A DNA stretch of 64,000 nucleotides from Rhodospirillales bacterium (lineage in GTDB: Bacteria; Pseudomonadota; Alphaproteobacteria; Micavibrionales; Micavibrionaceae): positions 428,094 through 492,093 of the forward strand of contig CP060238.1 of assembly GCA_023898765.1 (NCBI GenBank). The letters are read 5' to 3'. Of the stretch, positions 40,036 to 46,535 are shown in pieces. The notes beneath the pieces were generated by a model, which was not told the origin of the DNA, did no database searches, and was given only the letters and a program-made list of their open reading frames with translations. Numbering within the stretch: position 1 is the first letter of the stretch; every line of letters begins with the position of its first letter. The position numbers and the translations under genes are program-made.

Positions 40036-40167
40036 CTAAAATATATCCTGAATCCATTCGCCGGCATCTTCGATATCTTTTCCCGCGCCTTCGAATGTAT
40101 GGCTGCATCCGGCCAAAAAACCGCTTGTGAGCAATAAAACTGCAATCATGCATATTTTTTTGTGCAT
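40036..40167 (-). CDS. entericidin EcnA/B family lipoprotein, 43 aa (not in the ORF track)
   Basis: My translation: MHKKICMIAVLLLTSGFLAGCSHTFEGAGKDIEDAGEWIQDIF. Lipobox LAGC followed by the G.G.DI...G..I pattern of entericidins. Confidence 0.7.
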   Translation of the reverse strand: MHKKICMIAVLLLTSGFLAGCSHTFEGAGKDIEDAGEWIQDIF

Positions 40168-40406
40168 TCTATCTATGTGCCTTTTACTGGAGCTTTCATT
40201 CCTGTTATTTCGACTTTACGCTCAAGGTGTAGCAAAACGGAGCAAAAAATAAAAGCGTTCCGTCTTTACTCAGGCCCATACCCTTTTTTGCCTGAGTTCC
40301 GGAACAACCTGATCCTGTTTCGATTATAGGGGAATCGGGCAGCTTATATCAAGTTTCCGTAATATTATCCTGTTCCGGCTGCCCTTATCCCGCTTCCCGC
40401 GTAATT

Positions 40407-42506
40407 TTAAACCCGTCTTTCATTTGTGCCTTGATGATACCCCCGGCTATGGAAGAAAGCCTGTAAGGCATCAAGCCTGGTTTTTATCTTCGCAAGCATG
40501 TTTTCCTTAAAGGACTGGTTATCTTCATAATTTTGTTCTGCTTCCGCACAAGCCTTCGCAAGCATGTTTGCTCCCAGATTCGCCGCCGCTCCTTTCATGC
40601 GATGCGCAGCCCTCTGCCAGTCTTCACTTTTATCATCCGTGCAGCTTTCTTCCAGTTCGCCGATGCTTAATTCCGTTTGTTTAAAAAACAGATCCAGCAA
40701 CTCTTTCTCCTCTTCGGGATCGCCATCGGTAAATGTTTCGAAATGCTTCATATCAACAGGCGGCTCCAGTTTTTCTTTTTCCGGCGTCGGTGAAGCATCG
40801 TTTGTCGTTTTATTTGAAATTTGTTTTTGTATGGCTTCAATGATTTTATCCGCCTTAACGGGCTTGCTGACATAATCGTCCATGCCTGCTTTCAAACATT
40901 TTTCCCTGTCCCCGATCATGGCATTTGCCGTTAAGGCTATAACAGGGAGATGCCTGTCCGTTCCCTGTTCTTTTTCCCGCAGGATTGTCGTCGCGTGATA
41001 GCCGTCAAGCACGGGCATTTGACAGTCCATCAGAACAACATCATAGGAATTGGCATCAATCATATCCAGAGCTTCCTGTCCATCATGCGCCAGATCAACA
41101 TAGGAAAAGCCGAGCTTTTTAAGCAGTTTTATAATGAAAACCTGATTTACAGGATGGTCGTCAACGGCAAGTATTCTGATATTCTTCCGTATCTCTTCGG
41201 TGTCATAGCTTTTGTCTTTGTCGAGAAGGTTCACCGGCTCCATATCTTCATCGGCTGTGCTCAGAGGCACCGTGAACCAAAATGTCGAACCCTGCCCTTC
41301 GACGCTATCAACGCCTATCTTGCCTCCCATCATATTGATAAGCTGCTGGGTAATGGCAAGCCCCAGCCCCGTTCCGCCGAATTCCCTTGTGACCGAGGTA
41401 TCGGCCTGCGTAAATTTTTCAAAAATGGCGTCTTTTTTATTTTCGGCGATTCCTATGCCTGTGTCTTTGACGGCAATGAACAGGTACGGTTCTTCTTTTT
41501 CAAAAGCGGTTTTCAGGAAAACGGTTACGCTTCCCTTTTCGGTAAATTTGATAGCGTTGCTTATCAGGTTTCTAAGGACCTGTTGTATTCTGCTGTAGTC
41601 GCCAATAACCGTTGAAGGCACTTTTTCATCGCGGTCAAGCGTTAACGCAAGCCCTTTGTCATTCGCAATAGGCAGGAATAGCTGGACAACCTGTTGCGCG
41701 GCGATTCCTATATGGAAAGGCACATTTTCGATTTCCAGCTCACCGGCTTCAATTTTGGAAATATCAAGTATATCGTTTAAAAGAGATAGAAGGTTTTGGC
41801 TTGAGCCATGCAGTATTTCAGCATTGTCTCTCTGATCCGGACTAAGATTGGAATCCAGAATAAATTCGGTCATGCCGATTATGCCGTTTAGAGGTGTGCG
41901 TAATTCATGACTCATATTGGCGAGGAATTCGCTTTTCGCAATGTTTGCAGATTCCGCTTTCTCCTTTTCTTCCCTTAACTCTTCTTCAAAAGATTTTCTT
42001 TCTGTGATGTTGCGTTCTATAGCGGCGAAATGAGTAATGTTTCCTCTTTTGTCTTTTACGGGAACAACGCTGATATCCAGCCAATAGGGGACGCCGTCTT
42101 TGGTATAGTTTTTTAATTCGCCTTGAAACGACCTGCCTTTGGAGAGGGATGTTTTTAAGGCATCGAGGACTTCCCGGCTGGTGTCTTCGCCTTGTAAAAT
42201 GCGCGGTGTTTTTCCTATGATTTCTTCGGCGTCATAGCCGGATATTTTTGAAAAAGCGCCATTAACATAGACGATTTTCGGCCCATTGTTCTCCAGATCT
42301 GCCGTCGTGATGACGATGGCATCGTTGGCGTTAATGACAGCCGCTTCCAGCAATCTGGCGTCTTCATGCAGCTGTTCGTTTAACGCATAGATTTCCCGGC
42401 TTTTTCCTTCCAATAGGGTTTCTGCCTCCTTCCGCGCTTTCTTTTCACGGGCGAGGCGTTTTTCCAGCCGGGAAATTTTCCTGTCTTTATCGATATCTTC
42501 ACTCAT
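40407..42506 (-). CDS. hybrid sensor histidine kinase (coiled coil-PAS-HisKA-HATPase-REC-HPt), HnoK-like
   Basis: H-box MSHELRTPLNGI, G2 GTGLGLAI, REC ILAVDDHP...VLMDCQMP, HPt AAHRMKGAAANLGA. ATG 42506 forms an ATGA overlap with the H-NOX stop. Confidence 0.9.
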   Translation of the reverse strand: MSEDIDKDRKISRLEKRLAREKKARKEAETLLEGKSREIYALNEQLHEDARLLEAAVINANDAIVITTADLENNGPKIVYVNGAFSKISGYDAEEIIGKTPRILQGEDTSREVLDALKTSLSKGRSFQGELKNYTKDGVPYWLDISVVPVKDKRGNITHFAAIERNITERKSFEEELREEKEKAESANIAKSEFLANMSHELRTPLNGIIGMTEFILDSNLSPDQRDNAEILHGSSQNLLSLLNDILDISKIEAGELEIENVPFHIGIAAQQVVQLFLPIANDKGLALTLDRDEKVPSTVIGDYSRIQQVLRNLISNAIKFTEKGSVTVFLKTAFEKEEPYLFIAVKDTGIGIAENKKDAIFEKFTQADTSVTREFGGTGLGLAITQQLINMMGGKIGVDSVEGQGSTFWFTVPLSTADEDMEPVNLLDKDKSYDTEEIRKNIRILAVDDHPVNQVFIIKLLKKLGFSYVDLAHDGQEALDMIDANSYDVVLMDCQMPVLDGYHATTILREKEQGTDRHLPVIALTANAMIGDREKCLKAGMDDYVSKPVKADKIIEAIQKQISNKTTNDASPTPEKEKLEPPVDMKHFETFTDGDPEEEKELLDLFFKQTELSIGELEESCTDDKSEDWQRAAHRMKGAAANLGANMLAKACAEAEQNYEDNQSFKENMLAKIKTRLDALQAFFHSRGYHQGTNERRV

Positions 42507-43045
42507 TGTTTTGTTAAGGTAAAGATCCTGCAAAACTGACCTTCGGTGTTTTTATCTTCACCTTCGATTGTGATGTTTTCCTTGTAAAAATCGGCGCAGC
42601 CCTGCATCAAGCCATGTGCAAAATCGGCAAAAGGGCACTGGGACCTGTAGGTCATTTTTAGCACGTTTCCGTTTTGCCTTTCCGTTTCAAATGAAGGGAG
42701 AACGGCATCCGGATAGAGCTTTTTTACTTCCACGTGAATATAGTCGTGCACGCCTTCCAAAAATTCAAAGGCGGATTTTTGTTCTTCGAACAGTTGGGGC
42801 ATCAGTTTATTGAAACGGAAGAAAAGATGATGCCCGTATTTATAGACCAGATCCCTGACACTCAGTCCGGAATGCTTGCTAAGGGTGCCGACGATTTCGA
42901 GCAGCTCCCGATGATCATAGGTGCCGACGGCCGTATAGGCCCCTCCGGACTCAAGATCGCAATCGTCAAAGACGTCATCCATCATGTCCTCGCCAAATGT
43001 TGCTTCCACCATATCAATAAGCTCTGTGAAAACGATTCCCTTCAT
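42503..43045 (-). CDS. hnoX: heme-NO/O2-binding (H-NOX) sensor protein
   Basis: MKGIVFTEL..., proximal-His region VHDYIHVEVKKLYPDAVLPSF, and MTYRSQCPFADFAHGL (a YxSxR-type motif with Cys in place of Arg). 180 aa. Confidence 0.88.
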   Translation of the reverse strand: MKGIVFTELIDMVEATFGEDMMDDVFDDCDLESGGAYTAVGTYDHRELLEIVGTLSKHSGLSVRDLVYKYGHHLFFRFNKLMPQLFEEQKSAFEFLEGVHDYIHVEVKKLYPDAVLPSFETERQNGNVLKMTYRSQCPFADFAHGLMQGCADFYKENITIEGEDKNTEGQFCRIFTLTKQ

Positions 43046-43089
43046 TGCGTTACCTTTCCTTTCGAAATATTCACAATCTATCCTAAAGT

Positions 43090-43944
43090 CTAACCTGAAT
43101 GGTTTTGTATGTAATGCAGTAATTGCTCTTTCAGGAACGGCTTGGCGATAAAGCCGCTGGCGCCTTCTTCCAGCGCTTCGGCGATATTGTCCAGATTATT
43201 ATTGCTGCTGAACATAACGACACATAGGCCCGGGTCGTTGCGCATAATCCAGCTTAATACTTCACGGCCGTTCTTATCGGGTAAATCAATATCCAGAAAA
43301 ACAATGTCGGGCTGAAAAGAGTGAATTTTGGAAAAGGACTTGTTCGCCGTCGCCGCCGTGACAAGATCACAATCATGTTTGAGGCTTTTTCTTACCATCC
43401 AGCGCGTAACGGGATCGTCCTCGACCAAAAGAACCCTTGTTTGTCCTTGTCTGTTTTTGTTGGTTTTGACAGCGAACGTTCCTATGTCCGGCGCCCCTTT
43501 TTCATCAGGAAAGGCGTAAAGATCGGCATAAGCCGAGGCGGAAACCGAAAGGCTTTCATCCTCTTGTTTAAGCGCGCGCCGAACATATAAAGGCCCCTCC
43601 TGTTCCAGATCATAAATGGCAAGCGCGCTCGATAACGAAGTCTCGTCTTCGATTATATGGCGTATCTGTTCACCGGCCTGGGCCAGAGCGCGTTTTGATA
43701 CGTTCTTGCAAAAAAGATGGATCTGGAAATTTTCACAAAAAAAGACCTCTCCTTCTATCTCTTTGAAATACGATTGTAACAGGGGCTGTATTAAAGGGAT
43801 GCAGCCTGAAAAGGATGCCTTGTCGCCTTCTTCGTCCAATTCGATATGCAGGCACCTCCAGTCCTGCCAACTCAAAGGGGTTTTGCCGATGGATGTAATA
43901 ATTTGAACCAGTCTTTTGTCTTTTTTACCGGATTGAATATCCAT
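43090..43944 (-). CDS. response regulator: unrecognised N-terminal domain + C-terminal receiver
   Basis: REC RVLLVEDDP...IVFLDIDLPD...GFIAKPF at the C-terminus. Start set at ATG 43944 (MDIQSG) with an AGGGGGAAGGA SD. Confidence 0.8.
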   Translation of the reverse strand: MDIQSGKKDKRLVQIITSIGKTPLSWQDWRCLHIELDEEGDKASFSGCIPLIQPLLQSYFKEIEGEVFFCENFQIHLFCKNVSKRALAQAGEQIRHIIEDETSLSSALAIYDLEQEGPLYVRRALKQEDESLSVSASAYADLYAFPDEKGAPDIGTFAVKTNKNRQGQTRVLLVEDDPVTRWMVRKSLKHDCDLVTAATANKSFSKIHSFQPDIVFLDIDLPDKNGREVLSWIMRNDPGLCVVMFSSNNNLDNIAEALEEGASGFIAKPFLKEQLLHYIQNHSG

Positions 43945-44848
43945 TTCCTTCCCCCTTTTGTTTTGCCTGAACGAACGGTGATTTTTCGATGTATTGGAAA
44001 AGCTTCTCCTTTGTAAAAGGTTTGACGACAAATCCTTTGGCGCCCTGCGCGACAGCCTTTAAGACATTTTCCCTGTCTCCCTTACCGCTCAGCATGACCA
44101 CATAAGCGTCAGGATCAATTTCAAAGATTTTTTTCAAAACATCGTGGCCCGTAATGTCAGGAAGTCCGATATCCAGAAAAAGAATGTCGGGCGCTTTGCC
44201 CGCGTAAGTCATAATGGCTTCACGGCCGTTTTTGGCCGTAAGCACATAATGTTCTTTGCCGAGGGCGTTCTTAATCAGCCGCTGCGAAAATAAATCGTCT
44301 TCAACAAAAAGGATTTCAGGGACGTCCCTTGCAGAGCGTCTGGACGATAATGTGGATATAAGCTTTTTTTCAATTTCTATATCCAGAAGTTTTTGCCGGT
44401 ACAGTTCCGCCTCTTTTTCGGCTTTTTGCTGTGCGCGTTTGTTTTTTTCGATTTCACTATTTTCAATTTTACGGGCGCAAATGGGCTTGAGCGCTTCCAG
44501 ATCAACCTTGATTTCATAAAGAAAAGCCAGATCCTTCGAAAACAGAGGCCGGGAGAAGGGGGCAGGCGTAAGTTTGGCGGCTAAATGGGCTAAAAACCGG
44601 CCGAGGTTTTTCTTGGTGATAAACTTTGTCAAAATAAACACGTCGTTATCGTTGCAAAGAAAAACCTCCCCCGCTTTATCGTCAAAAAAGGCATCAAGTT
44701 CTTTTATGAAGGGCTGAAACCATTTTTGTGACTCAATGCCGGATTGAGAGAACTTTAAATAAAGGCATCTTTGCGATGTGTTCTTTTTCCAATGGTTTTG
44801 AATAGAGTCAAACAAGGACCTTTCGGCATCTTCTTTAACAATTTTCAT
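43925..44848 (-). CDS. response regulator: unrecognised N-terminal domain + C-terminal receiver (paralog of 43090-43944)
   Basis: REC ILFVEDD...ILFLDIGLPD...GFVVKPF. The N-terminal ~190 aa is paralogous to the neighbouring gene. Confidence 0.8.
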   Translation of the reverse strand: MKIVKEDAERSLFDSIQNHWKKNTSQRCLYLKFSQSGIESQKWFQPFIKELDAFFDDKAGEVFLCNDNDVFILTKFITKKNLGRFLAHLAAKLTPAPFSRPLFSKDLAFLYEIKVDLEALKPICARKIENSEIEKNKRAQQKAEKEAELYRQKLLDIEIEKKLISTLSSRRSARDVPEILFVEDDLFSQRLIKNALGKEHYVLTAKNGREAIMTYAGKAPDILFLDIGLPDITGHDVLKKIFEIDPDAYVVMLSGKGDRENVLKAVAQGAKGFVVKPFTKEKLFQYIEKSPFVQAKQKGEGNGYSIR

Positions 44849-44891
44849 CTCGACTCCCTTCCGTTAAAATAAGTTTTCATAATATCTTTAT

Positions 44892-44907
44892 AGCAACCGG
44901 CATGCCA
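44892..44907 (-). promoter_or_regulatory. sigma-54 (-24/-12) type promoter
   Basis: Minus strand reads TGGCAT-GCCGG-TTGCT versus consensus TGGCAC-N5-TTGCW. It lies 44 nt upstream of ATG 44848. Confidence 0.6.
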
Positions 44908-45080
44908 AAATTTTTGTGCTTATTTTTCAACGGCTTATGCGAATCCTTCCTTAAGTTATTCTCATTTTGAAACGTTTTATTTTGATAATTTTTATGCATA
45001 AATCTCAAATTAGAACGCTTTTTTAATCTTTATTTGTTAGCCTGATGACAGGGGTAAAAACATTTCGGGAGACCAGCCAT

Positions 45081-45986
45081 ATGTCCGATTCAATCCTGAT
45101 CGTTGAAGATGATCCTATGCAGCAAAAAATGCTTGGAACGTTGCTGCGCCGGAAAATCGGGTTTGAATCACAAGTCGCCCCTAACGGGCGGGAGGCTTTG
45201 GACATTCTTGGCAGGGATGACAAAAGAGCTATAAAGCTTGTGATTCTTGATATTGACATGCCCGTTATGGGGGGGATGGAGGCTCTGGAGATTATGGCGC
45301 AGCGTTATCCGGGCCTTCCCGTCATTATGCTGACGGGGACCAGGGATATTGAAGAGGCGGTCAAGGCGATCAAGCTTGGCGCTATCGATTTCATGACCAA
45401 GCCGTATGAAGGGGAAAGGATGGCAATAACGGCTAAAAATGCTCTTAAGCTCAGCATCCTTTCTAAAGAAGTAAAACGGCTAAAAAACGAAAAGGAAGGC
45501 CACTATAGATTTGACCATTTAATAGGCCATGACGGCGGTCTGCAGGAGGCCGTTAATATGGGGCGCAAAGCCGCAGCATCTGACATACCCGTCCTTATTT
45601 CCGGAGAGACAGGCGTTGGAAAGGAAGTGTTCGCCCAAGCCATCCACGGGGAAAGTGCGCGCTTGGGAAACCCGTTTATCGCCGTCAACTGTGGCGCTAT
45701 TCCGGCACAGCTCGTTGAAAGCACCTTGTTCGGACATGAAAAAGGGGCTTTTACCGGCGCAACAGATAAGGCCACAGGCAAGTTCCGCGAAGCCGAAGGG
45801 GGCACGATTTTTCTGGATGAAGTGGGCGAGCTTCCACTGGATTCCCAGGTAAAGCTCTTGCGTATCCTTCAGCAAAAAGAGGTTGAGCCTGTCGGGGCAA
45901 GCAAAGCCGTTCCTGTAAACATACGCGTTTTATCGGCGACCAACCGCAACCTTGAAGAAGAAGTCAAGGCAGGAAACCTTTGTTAA
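45081..45986 (+). pseudogene. NtrC-family sigma-54-dependent response regulator, 3'-truncated
   Basis: REC (ILIVEDDP...ILDIDMP) + AAA+ (GETGVGKE, GAFTGA, IFLDEVGE). It ends ...EEVKAGNLC* where homologs continue FREDLYYRL. The rest of the AAA+ module and the HTH are absent. Confidence 0.8.
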
Positions 45987-46078
45987 ACCTGCTGGCATGG
46001 TTGTCTTTAAACACTCTCGGCCACCGCAAGTCCAGCCTTTAACAGGAGGTTGCTTATGCAGCACGACATCACAAAACT

Positions 46079-46369
46079 TTGCGCAGATTCTTTGCGCTCC
46101 TATCGTCATGTACTACCGGCCCGAATGGGGAGAAAGTCAGCGGCCATTATCAGTTAGGATATGAACGCTACGAGCCTTGTGAAGATGGCTATGTATTGCG
46201 GGAAAGCCAGCAATACAACCAAGCAAAGTGCTATGTTGCAAGATGCGCGCCGGGAAGATACAGCAATGATAATCATTATTGCGACAGCTACCAAGCCGTT
46301 TTGCGCCCAAAACCCAACTACGTAAAAATGTGGGTTGATGGTGATTATCTGGGGCAGTATTTTTACTAA
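46079..46369 (+). CDS. possible Cys-rich lipoprotein, 96 aa (doubtful start)
   Basis: MRRFFALLSSC lipobox-like N-terminus, but a TTG start without an SD. A strong AGGAGG-ATG at 46056 opens a different 33-codon frame, so this may be frameshifted. Confidence 0.3.
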   Translation: MRRFFALLSSCTTGPNGEKVSGHYQLGYERYEPCEDGYVLRESQQYNQAKCYVARCAPGRYSNDNHYCDSYQAVLRPKPNYVKMWVDGDYLGQYFY

Positions 46370-46444
46370 CACCTCTTGCGGTTGTTAAATCGGTGGATTT
46401 TTTGCAAAGTTCTTGAAAATCTGGCGTTTTTTCTAAATTACCCC

Positions 46445-46472
46445 TTGTCCCCCCCCCCCCGATTTTTATAAT
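46445..46472 (+). promoter_or_regulatory. sigma-70-like promoter with a poly-C tract in the -35/spacer region
   Basis: TTGTCC (46445-46450), 16-nt spacer, perfect TATAAT (46467-46472). The C12 run occupies the end of the -35 element and most of the spacer. Confidence 0.55.
46449..46460 (+). repeat. homopolymeric C12 tract
   Basis: Twelve consecutive C, 76 nt upstream of ATG 46536. Confidence 0.95.
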
Positions 46473-46535
46473 ATAAACTGTGGAATTCTAAGTGTTTTCC
46501 GCTCACGATTGTATTCAACCCAGATTTTGTTCGAT

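Noticed and set aside
41850-42250. The PAS domain of the hybrid kinase as a LOV photosensor (…GKTPRILQGEDT…).
   Set aside because: The flavin-adduct Cys of the GxNCRFLQ motif is replaced by Pro. The GK.PRIL.G variant is a widespread non-LOV PAS subtype.
42726-42741. parS-like CACGTG-centred sequence ACTTCCACGTGAATAT inside hnoX.
   Set aside because: It has five mismatches to the 16-bp parS consensus outside the CACGTG core. It is most likely a chance E-box-like hexamer.
46056-46157. A 33-codon ORF with a perfect AGGAGG-N6-ATG upstream of the putative Cys-rich lipoprotein.
   Set aside because: The peptide (MQHDITKLCADSLRSYRHVLPARMGRKSAAIIS) has no recognisable features and overlaps the lipoprotein-like frame. 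This is more likely a frameshifted single gene or chance. It is not called as a feature.
46509-46535. TTG 46509 (adhesin) and TTG 52491 (fic) as the starts given by the ORF track.
   Set aside because: The in-frame ATGs at 46536 and 52521 give a proper signal peptide and a proper SD respectively. TTG 52491 lies inside the second 21-bp repeat.
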